This document shows positions 18,504 through 27,290 of a DNA stretch of 64,000 nucleotides, piece after piece (positions within the stretch are counted from its first letter, which is position 1; every line of letters starts with the position of its first letter). Under the pieces are notes generated by a model, which saw only the letters and a list, made by a program, of their open reading frames with translations, was not told the DNA's origin and did no database searches. Origin of the DNA: an uncultured Clostridia bacterium. Lineage in GTDB: Bacteria > Bacillota > Clostridia > Christensenellales > UBA1242. The position numbers were made by a program, and so were the translations under genes. Location of the stretch: assembly GCA_944377305.1 (NCBI GenBank), contig CALWEL010000005.1, forward strand, positions 5,149-69,148, in the 5' to 3' direction.

Positions 18504-19790
18504 ATGATAGATATAAATTTAATTAGAACAAACCCTGATTTAGTAAAGGAAAACATCAAAAAGAAATTTCAAAATCACAAACTTCATTTAGTTGATGATG
18601 TACTTAAGATGGATTCTAAAGTGCGAATTTTGAAACAAGAAGGTGATGAATTACGTGCCAAACGTAATATATTGTCTCAGCATATTGGTACATTAATGAA
18701 AGCAAAGCAAATTAGCGAAGCTAATAAAATTAAAGAACAAGTAGTTAAAAACAATGAACGTATTGAGGTAATTGAAAAAGAAGTTTCCGAGCTTGACAAC
18801 AAAATCAAACAATCAATGATGAACATACCAAATATTATCGCAAACGATGTGCCTATAGGTGAAGACGATAGATACAATGTGCAAGAAAAAACATTTTTAG
18901 AGCCCAAAGTGCCAGATTTTGAAATCCCATATCACACAGATATTTTAGAAAAATTAAATGGGTTAGACATTGATAGTGCCAGAAGAACTTCAGGACAAGG
19001 GTTTTATTATTTGACAGGAGATATAGCTAGGCTTCATAGTGCTATTCTTTCTTATGCACGTGACTTTATGATAAATAAAGGCTTTACCTATGTAATACCT
19101 CCATTTATGATTCGTAGTGATGTAGTCAAAGGCGTGATGAGTTTTGAAGAAATGGACAATATGATGTACAAAATCGAAGGCGAAGATTTATATCTCATTG
19201 GTACCAGTGAACATTCTATGATTGGACGATTTATGAACACTATTATACCAGAAGAGAAATTGCCTATAACCTTGACATCTTATAGTCCTTGTTTTCGAAA
19301 AGAAAAGGGTGCTCACGGTATAGAGGAGCGCGGGGTTTATCGTATCCATCAATTTGAAAAACAAGAAATGATCGTAATTTGTAAACCAGATGAAAGTGAA
19401 GATTGGTACAATAAGATGTGGAACTATTCAGTAGAATTGTTTGTCTCTATGGAAATCCCAGTAAGAACTCTTGTATGTTGTTCAGGAGATTTGGCAGATT
19501 TGAAATATCGTAGCCTTGACGTAGAAGCTTGGAGCCCAAGACAGAAAAAATATTTTGAAGTTTGTTCTTGTAGTAATCTGACAGATGCGCAAGCTAGAAG
19601 ATTAGGCATCAGATATAAAACAGATAAGGGCAATAAATTTGCTCATACATTGAATAATACTGTTGTAGCACCTCCTAGAATGCTAATTGCATTTGTTGAA
19701 AATCATCTTCAAAAAGACGGTTCAGTTACAATTCCAGAAGTTTTGTGGCAATATATGGGAGGTACTAAAATCATTAAACCAAAGAAGTAA
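18504..19790 (+). CDS. serS: serine--tRNA ligase
   Basis: Start moved to MIDINLIRTNPD (RBS AAGGAGA); coiled-coil arm then class II core (FRKEKGAHG, GDLADLKYR...). Confidence 0.95.
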   Translation: MIDINLIRTNPDLVKENIKKKFQNHKLHLVDDVLKMDSKVRILKQEGDELRAKRNILSQHIGTLMKAKQISEANKIKEQVVKNNERIEVIEKEVSELDNKIKQSMMNIPNIIANDVPIGEDDRYNVQEKTFLEPKVPDFEIPYHTDILEKLNGLDIDSARRTSGQGFYYLTGDIARLHSAILSYARDFMINKGFTYVIPPFMIRSDVVKGVMSFEEMDNMMYKIEGEDLYLIGTSEHSMIGRFMNTIIPEEKLPITLTSYSPCFRKEKGAHGIEERGVYRIHQFEKQEMIVICKPDESEDWYNKMWNYSVELFVSMEIPVRTLVCCSGDLADLKYRSLDVEAWSPRQKKYFEVCSCSNLTDAQARRLGIRYKTDKGNKFAHTLNNTVVAPPRMLIAFVENHLQKDGSVTIPEVLWQYMGGTKIIKPKK

Positions 19791-19858
19791 AATATTGCTT
19801 AGTAACTAAAGATTTTGATAATATGGAATAACGTTTCTTATCTGCTACGAGCATTATT

Positions 19859-19891
19859 ATTAGGTCATAATCCATTTGACCTAATTTTTTA
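19859..19891 (+). terminator. intrinsic terminator after serS
   Basis: 9-bp stem ATTAGGTCA / TGACCTAAT then T6. Confidence 0.8.
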
Positions 19892-19899
19892 TTGCCATA

Positions 19900-19928
19900 T
19901 TGACATTAGAGAATATCTGTGATATACT
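19900..19928 (+). promoter_or_regulatory. promoter TTGACA-17-TGaTATACT, about 170 nt upstream of orphan gene 20102
   Basis: consensus -35 and extended -10 read directly. Confidence 0.6.
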
Positions 19929-20101
19929 CCGTGTAATAAATAAGGGTATGTAATTTAATGGATGAAGTTATTAAAAGACATTGATAAAACAGATTTTAAT
20001 AATGTACGAAGATATGGTAACGGTACCTTTCAACTTTAAAAAATTAAAAAAATTAATATCCTATTAATCATAATATAATAAATTGCAATTAGGAGTATAT
20101 A

Positions 20102-21166
20102 ATGATAAACATTGATAAAATTGTAAAACTTTATAGAAAAGATGGCATAACGAATAATCTAATCAAATTATTAAAAATTGATAAATCTAATGCCTTAAAC
20201 TTTAAACTTCTAAATCAGCTTCCAGATGATGTGAAAAACAATATTTTTAAAACTCTAAAATATTATCTCCTCCAACATTTATATGATAACTATCTTGATA
20301 ATGAATCTATAAAATTTTACCAAAATTTGAGCAAATCACAAATAGATTATTTAATTGAGCAAATTGATAGTCCAATTCATAAATATGGCGAAAGCGAACC
20401 TAAATTAATTGAGAATTTAAAAATCATTAATAATTTAGATAATGAGCAATTGTCACGATTATATAATATTATTTGTCAAGGGCGTCTTGGATACATATTG
20501 AAATATTATCCTTTATCAGATTTCAGCATTAAACAGATAAGCGAATTCGATAACATTTGTTTTGAAGATATAAATAATTGTGTCCATATAATGATCTATT
20601 TAATGCAAAAAAATATACATTCAGCATACAAGAAAGATTTGGAATTGAACGAAAGTATAGAGACAATCTATAAAAAAATTGCCTCACATTTTAGTTACAA
20701 AATGCTTGCAAGTTTAAAAAAATATGAAAACGAAAATTCATATTTGATAACTATATCATCTGAAGTCATTAAAATTTTATCTAAATATGTAAAAGAAAAT
20801 CAAATTGAAATTTGTTATAATGATTCTATCAATGTTAATGATTATTTGAGCATATTATATTTATTAAAAACTAATGCTAACTTAGATAGGAAAAAAGCTT
20901 ACTCTGTTATTTTAACAAACTGTAATTCGTGTGAAATAGCGACATATTTAAAACTTTTAAAAACTTCAGATTTATCTGAATCAGAATTTTATGGGCTAGT
21001 TAGACAGGCTGGAAAAAAATATAATGGGGCAAGTAGAGATATAATAGCTCAAATCGACAGATTCAACTTGCTCGAAAAGTCAATTAAACAATTGTATATA
21101 GATATGTTTATCAACCTTGATACCGCAACTGAACGTGCACGCGAAAGTATGCTTGATTTTGATTAA
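20102..21166 (+). CDS. hypothetical protein, predicted all-helical, no recognised domain
   Basis: 354-aa ORF with AGGAG RBS 7 nt upstream; no motif I can assign. Confidence 0.6.
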   Translation: MINIDKIVKLYRKDGITNNLIKLLKIDKSNALNFKLLNQLPDDVKNNIFKTLKYYLLQHLYDNYLDNESIKFYQNLSKSQIDYLIEQIDSPIHKYGESEPKLIENLKIINNLDNEQLSRLYNIICQGRLGYILKYYPLSDFSIKQISEFDNICFEDINNCVHIMIYLMQKNIHSAYKKDLELNESIETIYKKIASHFSYKMLASLKKYENENSYLITISSEVIKILSKYVKENQIEICYNDSINVNDYLSILYLLKTNANLDRKKAYSVILTNCNSCEIATYLKLLKTSDLSESEFYGLVRQAGKKYNGASRDIIAQIDRFNLLEKSIKQLYIDMFINLDTATERARESMLDFD

Positions 21167-21778
21167 TAAAAGATATCTAGATAACTTATTTTTTTAAAAT
21201 TAATGTGGATTTATAAATTCTCAAATTTACAGTTCATTATATAATAAAAACTATAAATAATATCAATTTAGAAATATATCAAGACCTACTTATTCGTCAA
21301 GAAAAAACGATAATTAATGTTAACATTCTATTTAGAAACCAAGTTCAATATTCTATTATTTGTTTTGCTTTCTTTTTATAGAGATTGTATATCTTGTAGG
21401 TTTTATTTTTCCGTATGAATTAAATATTCTTGTCTTAAAAAAATATCCATTAGACTATAAATATCAGAATTGGATAATTTTAGAGATGTTCAAAGCCTCT
21501 GCTAGATAAAAAGGATAAAAATACAATAAACAAATTTAATTTGCCTATTAATACATATAAGATATAAATTGAGAGATAGGGTAGAGTAAAATAATACAAA
21601 TTCAATCATCCAATAGCTAGAAAACTATGAATTAGACAAAAATAATAGAATAATAAGTGATGGATCTGTTTAATTGCAATGATTCCAAAAATAAAAGGAT
21701 TTAAAGTTTAAATTTAATATTAGAAATCTAGCATCATCTATAGCATTAGATTTTTTTTTAAATTTTTCAATTGAAATG

Positions 21779-21812
21779 GTTTTTTACGCAAAGATATCAA
21801 TTTTGATAAAAT
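21779..21812 (+). repeat. copy of the recombinase promoter/operator region (exact 17-mer GTTTTTTACGCAAAGAT plus TGATAAAAT extended -10)
   Basis: 17/17 identity with reverse complement of 18169..18185; both followed by TTGATA(T/A)AAT. Confidence 0.7.
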
Positions 21813-22228
21813 AGCAAAATTGACAGATAATCTATATCTTAGACAAATAAGTTAGATATAACGACAAGCAAGACAAAGTAGAATAAATATGAAATATGAT
21901 CCTATAGGAATTATTTAAAAATATCTATTGATTAATATAGAAAATAATTTTAGCAATGCCAGAATGCGCTGAGACGAATTCTAGATTAAAAAGATGAATA
22001 ATAGGTCATTAATAATATCAGAAATTATCGCTTATTTACATCAAACGAAATTTTAATTAAAACACTGGATTTTATATTTAAATTTAAATTGTGTATATAA
22101 ATCATAAACACAACAATATGTGGATAACTAAACAAATGATATGTCATAATATGTCATATATATGATTATAAAATCGTATCGGTGGATAAATTATATGATT
22201 TCCACAAGATTTTTTTCAATTTTTTGTT

Positions 22229-22264
22229 TATCTTTTCGCAAAAGAAGAGTTTTGCGAAAAGATA
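22229..22264. repeat. perfect 15-bp inverted repeat with 6-bp spacer (TATCTTTTCGCAAAA GAAGAG TTTTGCGAAAAGATA)
   Basis: arms are exact reverse complements; no flanking T-tract on either strand. Confidence 0.9.
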
Positions 22265-22533
22265 TGAATATAAATTTTTACATTGCCCCACATCAATCCA
22301 CAATTCAATTTTTAGTTAACTCTATTATATATTTATAAATATTTTGTTTCTTTTTTCCATTTACTACCCTATTAAGGTTCTAATCTCCTGATATTTTATC
22401 AATAAAAAACACTAATATGAATTATCATATTAATGCTTTTTATAAAATGTTATGTAAAAAATCGTATAGTACTATCTAGAGTAAACTTATGAAAACAAAC
22501 AAACACAAAATATTTACATAAGAAAAAATAAAT

Positions 22534-23109
22534 TTATCTTTCTTTGATTATTTCAACAACTTCAGCTTCGCCTTCAAATAAAATTTCAGTAACATTCTCA
22601 TCAGTTACATCAGTTTGAGTCCAATAATTATGTGCTTTGGCAATATAATCTTCAAAACTACCGCCGTCTCTGCCTAGTACGAAATTACCACTTTTAAAAA
22701 TTTTTCCGTTTAAATTAACCGCTATCACTTGCAAATGCTTCTCTCTACTTTTTTCATAATTATCAACAGCCGTTTGCTTATATAATGATAAATACATACA
22801 ATGCAATCTTGATGGTAAATCAGGATAAAAATTTTTTCTGACATTTTCTAATGCTAATTCCCTTACAAGTAAATCATAATTATCACATATGTATGCTATA
22901 CTCTCTGCGTGATTTTTAATTATTCCACGATTTTTCTTAAAATAATAAAAGATATCTGCGAGTCTTAAATTGTCGATTTGATATTTTGTTTGAAAGACCT
23001 TTTTATACTGCCCGGTAATGGTATTTTTATCAAAAATAATTTTATCACCTATTGAAAATTTTCTAGACTTAACAATTTGATACAAAATTAAATCCTTTAC
23101 TTTTTCCAT
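22534..23109 (-). CDS. hypothetical protein (191 aa), no recognised domain
   Basis: Start moved to MEKVKDLILYQ, 7 nt downstream of an extended -10; acidic C-terminus. Confidence 0.6.
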   Translation of the reverse strand: MEKVKDLILYQIVKSRKFSIGDKIIFDKNTITGQYKKVFQTKYQIDNLRLADIFYYFKKNRGIIKNHAESIAYICDNYDLLVRELALENVRKNFYPDLPSRLHCMYLSLYKQTAVDNYEKSREKHLQVIAVNLNGKIFKSGNFVLGRDGGSFEDYIAKAHNYWTQTDVTDENVTEILFEGEAEVVEIIKER

Positions 23110-23116
23110 ATTGTAT

Positions 23117-23145
23117 ATTATAACACAAATATAAAATTCAGACAA
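23117..23145 (-). promoter_or_regulatory. promoter TTGTCT-17-TGtTATAAT, 7 nt before ATG 23109 (leaderless arrangement)
   Basis: read on minus strand; no SD. Confidence 0.55.
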
Positions 23146-23178
23146 GAAATATAAATGAAATAATCTTTTTAAATTTAG

Positions 23179-24420
23179 TTATTTCAAAATTGCTTTCATT
23201 GCATTCATCAATCCTATTTTACCGTGCTGATAACTTAAGCACCCTTGCAAATAACCAGCATATGGCTCGCGCATAGGACCATCACAACTCAACTCTATAC
23301 TACTGCCCTGATTGAAACTGCCACTTGCCATAATGATTAAATCTTCATATCCGTCCATCTCCCCTGCCTCTAAAACTGAATCACTATCTATTGCACTTGA
23401 AGTTTGTATGGCACGTGTAAATTTTACAAGTTTTTCTTTATCATTAAAATGGATACAGCAAACTATATCTGATAATTTATCACCGAATTTAGGAGTAGTC
23501 TTAAATCCTAATTTTGATAATACATTACTAGCCAGAATTACTAATTTTTTTGCTTCAGATACAATGTGAGGAGACATAAAGACTCCTTCAAAGAACAATT
23601 TATATCCTGGTTCATACGAGCCTGTGTCAATTCCTAAAGCAGGGCTTGTCATCTTGTATGATATCATTTCAATTAAATCCTTTTTACCAGCAATATACCC
23701 TCCTGTAGGGGCTATCCCCCCACCCATATTTTTCAAAAGAGAACCGACCACAATATCAGCCCCAACATCTGTAGGTTCCAACTCCTCAGTAAATTCTCCG
23801 TAACAATTGTCCACTATTATATTTGCATTTGAATATGTTTTAATATCTGATATTATATTTTTTATTTGTTCAATATTTAATGCATTTCGTAGTGAATATC
23901 CTCTAGATCTTTGTATATATACAATTTTAGGCTTGATTGCATTTATCATATTTTTTATTTTTATTGAATCGAATTCTCCGTCGATTAAATCTAATTCATA
24001 GTAGTTTATATTATAATCTTTTAAAGAACCTACATTCTTTCCCTCAACTCCGTATATCACTTGTTTTAAGGTGTCATACGGAGTGCCAGAAATACATAAC
24101 ATATTGTCTCCTGGGCGCAGTAAGCCAAATAATGTCTGACTGATAGCCTCTGTTCCACAACTTATAAGTGGACTAACAAAAGCTGATTCCGTATGAAAAA
24201 TATCAGCAAAGACAGATGAAATTTTTTCTTTGCCTATGTCATTATGACCATAACCACTGCTTCCTATAAAATGATGTGATTGAATGCGATTTTTAATAAA
24301 AGCATTAAGGACCTTTAATTGATTTGAAAATTCTATTTTTTCTATCTCCGCAAATTGTTTGCTACATTCCTTTTCACATTCATTAATTATTGATAAGATA
24401 TTTTGATTAATATTAATCAT
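23179..24420 (-). CDS. PLP-dependent YnbB / aluminium-resistance-family protein (Cys/Met metabolism lyase-like)
   Basis: 413 aa; similar in layout to B. subtilis YnbB (from memory); 8-nt overlap with miaA stop. Confidence 0.65.
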   Translation of the reverse strand: MININQNILSIINECEKECSKQFAEIEKIEFSNQLKVLNAFIKNRIQSHHFIGSSGYGHNDIGKEKISSVFADIFHTESAFVSPLISCGTEAISQTLFGLLRPGDNMLCISGTPYDTLKQVIYGVEGKNVGSLKDYNINYYELDLIDGEFDSIKIKNMINAIKPKIVYIQRSRGYSLRNALNIEQIKNIISDIKTYSNANIIVDNCYGEFTEELEPTDVGADIVVGSLLKNMGGGIAPTGGYIAGKKDLIEMISYKMTSPALGIDTGSYEPGYKLFFEGVFMSPHIVSEAKKLVILASNVLSKLGFKTTPKFGDKLSDIVCCIHFNDKEKLVKFTRAIQTSSAIDSDSVLEAGEMDGYEDLIIMASGSFNQGSSIELSCDGPMREPYAGYLQGCLSYQHGKIGLMNAMKAILK

Positions 24421-25324
24421 TCATAAACTCCTTAATTTTTTCTTCTGCTTCAGTTTTAGTACAGAATATTAAATTATCAATCGTCTTTAAAAAAGTTAGT
24501 TGTCTTTTGCAATAATTTCTACTATGTTGTTTTATCAAATTGATAGTAGTGTTATAATTTTGTTTGCCTTCAAAATAATCAAACCATTCTTTATAACCAA
24601 TAGAATTTATTGAATGCATATTTCTTGTTGCTCCACTTTTGATTAAACTGTGAACTTCTTCTTCAAGTCCTAACTCAATCATTTTATCTACTCTTTTATT
24701 GATTTTATCATATATTACTTCTCTTTCATCGATGATTGCCAACTTCAAAACATCAAATTGATACAAAATATTTTTAGTTTTTTGTTTACTGTCAAAATGA
24801 TCATTATTGGATTTATCTAATTCTAACTCTAAATATCTAATGACACGCTTTAAATTGTTTGGATGAACAGATTTAGCTTTTTCTGGATTTATTTTGTATA
24901 ATTCGTTCCACACATAATCTCTACCAAATTGAACGGCCAACTTCTCATATTTTTCTCTGAATTTTAGATTGGCTTTTTTTTCTCCTAAATTATAACCATT
25001 GACTAAAGCTTTTATATATAAACCAGTACCGCCAACCACAATTGGCAGTTGCCCTCTAGAAATAATATCATTTATAGCATTCTCACAATCAATAACAAAC
25101 TGTCCCACATCATAATCTTCATCAAAATTTTTTATATCAATTAAATAATGTGGGATTTGTTTGCGTATATCAATATTTTCTTTTGCACTACCTATATCCA
25201 GTCCTCTATATATTTGCACACTATCTGCAGATATTATTGCTCCATTATACTTTTTTGCAGTAGTAATAGCTAATTCACTTTTGCCACTAGCTGTTAGCCC
25301 TGTAATTATAATTATTTTTTTCAT
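24413..25324 (-). CDS. miaA: tRNA dimethylallyltransferase
   Basis: Start moved to MKKIIIITGLTASGKS (P-loop); DSVQIYRGLDIGSAK motif. Confidence 0.9.
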   Translation of the reverse strand: MKKIIIITGLTASGKSELAITTAKKYNGAIISADSVQIYRGLDIGSAKENIDIRKQIPHYLIDIKNFDEDYDVGQFVIDCENAINDIISRGQLPIVVGGTGLYIKALVNGYNLGEKKANLKFREKYEKLAVQFGRDYVWNELYKINPEKAKSVHPNNLKRVIRYLELELDKSNNDHFDSKQKTKNILYQFDVLKLAIIDEREVIYDKINKRVDKMIELGLEEEVHSLIKSGATRNMHSINSIGYKEWFDYFEGKQNYNTTINLIKQHSRNYCKRQLTFLKTIDNLIFCTKTEAEEKIKEFMND

Positions 25325-25325
25325 A

Positions 25326-27275
25326 CTATACAATTCTCTTGAACCATTTTTCGATTTGCGCACGAGTGATAACTGTTACGACTGGTCTACCGTGCGGACA
25401 TAATAATACAGGATTATTTATATCCAAATCTCGCAATAATTCTTTTATTTCCATTTCCGATAATTTCATACCTGATTTCACACTACTTTTGCATGCTTTT
25501 TGCATTAGATAATGACGAATTTCATTATTCATATTAGGTTTTAAGTTTTTCATATCACGTACTAAATCATCTACAAAATTTTTCAAATTTATATCCTTTA
25601 ACTGCATTGGAACTGAATTAATAATAATTTTTCTATCTGAAAATGTATCTATATCAAATCCTAATTTCTCTAATTCTGGTTTTAACTGCATTATAAAATC
25701 AATTTCAATTTGGCTTAATTCTTGAGTGTATGGTATCAACAAATCTTGTATTACTATATCTCTACTATTCACCATTTTAGTAAATTTATCATAATTTAGG
25801 CGTTCGTGTCCAGCGTGAAAATCAACTAATAACATTTTATCTTGTTTTTCTAAAATAAGGAACTCATTAAATAATTCCCCCACTATTTTATAATCTAGAA
25901 AATCATTTATACTCTTATATTCACTTGTTTCAACATCTTTATGTGTCTGGGTTTTTTCTATACCATCTATAGAAATATTTTCCGTCATTTCGTGATTTGA
26001 AGCATCTGTAGTTCTATTTGAATTAGGTATAATTGAGATCTTTTGATTTCCTTGTCCAAACTTTTTGTTTTCTTCTTTCAAATTATCTCTTGCCAAATCA
26101 TCATTTTTAATATCAAAAATTGTAAGAGGATTATATGTCGACTGTTTTAGTTCTACAAATCCTGAATTATTAAAACTTTTTATATTAGGTTCAACAGTAA
26201 TTTCTTTTAATGATTTGAGATCAGTTTTAATTAAGTTTTCAGTTGGTTTATCTAAATCGTCAACATTAATAGGAGTATCTTTATTCGGATTTAAAAATTG
26301 ATAAATTGACGAACGAATAGCAGTGTAAACTAAATCATAAATTTTGGACGGATAAGCAAATTTTACATTTATTTTGCTTGGATGTACATTGACATCTACG
26401 TCTACTGAAGGAATAGTTAGATTCAAGACATAAAAGGGAAATTGCCTTGTCATCAAATATTCTTCAAAAGCCATATATGCCGCTTTGGATACTATTTCAT
26501 CAACTACATATCTAGAATTTACCATAAGCGTTTGATATGTTGTATTTGGTTTACTAAACCCAATTTTCGATACATATCCAGTTAACTTTAAATTGCCTAT
26601 AGTTTTATTAACCGGCATAACATTTTGTGTAGTTTCATCACCATATACACAATAAATTGCATCTAGTAAAGTTCTCCCCACAGTTTGATATATTGTTTTA
26701 TTGTCGGCAATATATTTAAATGAAATATCTGGATGTGCTAAAATGTATCTTGAAATTATATTGGTGATAAAGTTTTCTTCTTGCTTTGGTTTCTTTAAAA
26801 ATTTTCTTCTTGCTGGCGTATTGAAAAATAAATTTTTTACTTCAATTTTCGTGCCTATATCACTACTAGTTGGACTTATTTCGCTAAATGATCCCCCATT
26901 AACATCAATTGAATAGGCACAATCAGAACCTTCTGTTTTGGTTATCATATTTGTTTGACTAACATTTGATATACTAGCTAGTGCCTCACCTCTAAACCCA
27001 AGCGTTGAAATTGAATCAAGATCTTCAACATCTTTAATTTTGCTTGTTGCGTGAGGTAAGAATGCTTTTTTTATATCATCGTATTCTATACCTCTCCCAT
27101 TATCTTTTACAATAATAGAATCAATGCCTCCTTGTTTTATCTCTATATTGATTTTAGTTGCTCCAGCATCTATAGCATTATCTATAAGTTCTTTTACAAT
27201 AGAAAAAGGACTCTCGACCACTTCCCCTGCAGAGATTCTATTAATTACTATAGTATCAAGAATATTAATAGCCAT
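25326..27275 (-). CDS. mutL: DNA mismatch repair protein MutL
   Basis: 649 aa; GHKL ATPase N-terminus (VVKELIDNAIDAGA, DNGRGI, GFRGEAL); C-terminal endonuclease region. Confidence 0.95.
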   Translation of the reverse strand: MAINILDTIVINRISAGEVVESPFSIVKELIDNAIDAGATKINIEIKQGGIDSIIVKDNGRGIEYDDIKKAFLPHATSKIKDVEDLDSISTLGFRGEALASISNVSQTNMITKTEGSDCAYSIDVNGGSFSEISPTSSDIGTKIEVKNLFFNTPARRKFLKKPKQEENFITNIISRYILAHPDISFKYIADNKTIYQTVGRTLLDAIYCVYGDETTQNVMPVNKTIGNLKLTGYVSKIGFSKPNTTYQTLMVNSRYVVDEIVSKAAYMAFEEYLMTRQFPFYVLNLTIPSVDVDVNVHPSKINVKFAYPSKIYDLVYTAIRSSIYQFLNPNKDTPINVDDLDKPTENLIKTDLKSLKEITVEPNIKSFNNSGFVELKQSTYNPLTIFDIKNDDLARDNLKEENKKFGQGNQKISIIPNSNRTTDASNHEMTENISIDGIEKTQTHKDVETSEYKSINDFLDYKIVGELFNEFLILEKQDKMLLVDFHAGHERLNYDKFTKMVNSRDIVIQDLLIPYTQELSQIEIDFIMQLKPELEKLGFDIDTFSDRKIIINSVPMQLKDINLKNFVDDLVRDMKNLKPNMNNEIRHYLMQKACKSSVKSGMKLSEMEIKELLRDLDINNPVLLCPHGRPVVTVITRAQIEKWFKRIV

Positions 27276-27290
27276 ATTGTTCTCCTAAAA

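Noticed and set aside
21725-21770. A hairpin AAATCTA...TAGATTT followed by T9, considered as a terminator of an unknown plus-strand transcript in the gap.
   Set aside because: The stem is only 7-8 bp, almost all A-U, with a 16-nt loop, and there is no promoter or ORF upstream. This is too weak to call.
22119-22302. Cluster of DnaA-box-like 9-mers that could suggest oriC or a DnaA-box cluster. It includes a perfect TGTGGATAA at 22119..22127, GGTGGATAA at 22181..22189, and two 7/9 matches at 22198..22206 and 22294..22302. A tandem decamer ATATGTCATA x2 (22139..22158) lies alongside.
   Set aside because: There is no dnaA/dnaN nearby, and the flanking genes converge here, whereas they diverge at an origin. 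About one perfect box per 64 kb is expected by chance at this base composition. One of the boxes (TTCCACAAGAT) is better explained as a relic of the recombinase GHKD codons. The cluster is worth a formal scan but is not supportable as an origin.
22534-23109. A possible ADP-ribosyltransferase-like R ... S ... ExE order (PSRLH, KSGNF, FEGEAE) in the 191-aa orphan protein.
   Set aside because: This was motif spotting only. The spacing and flanking secondary-structure context cannot be verified by eye, so it is not a supportable annotation.
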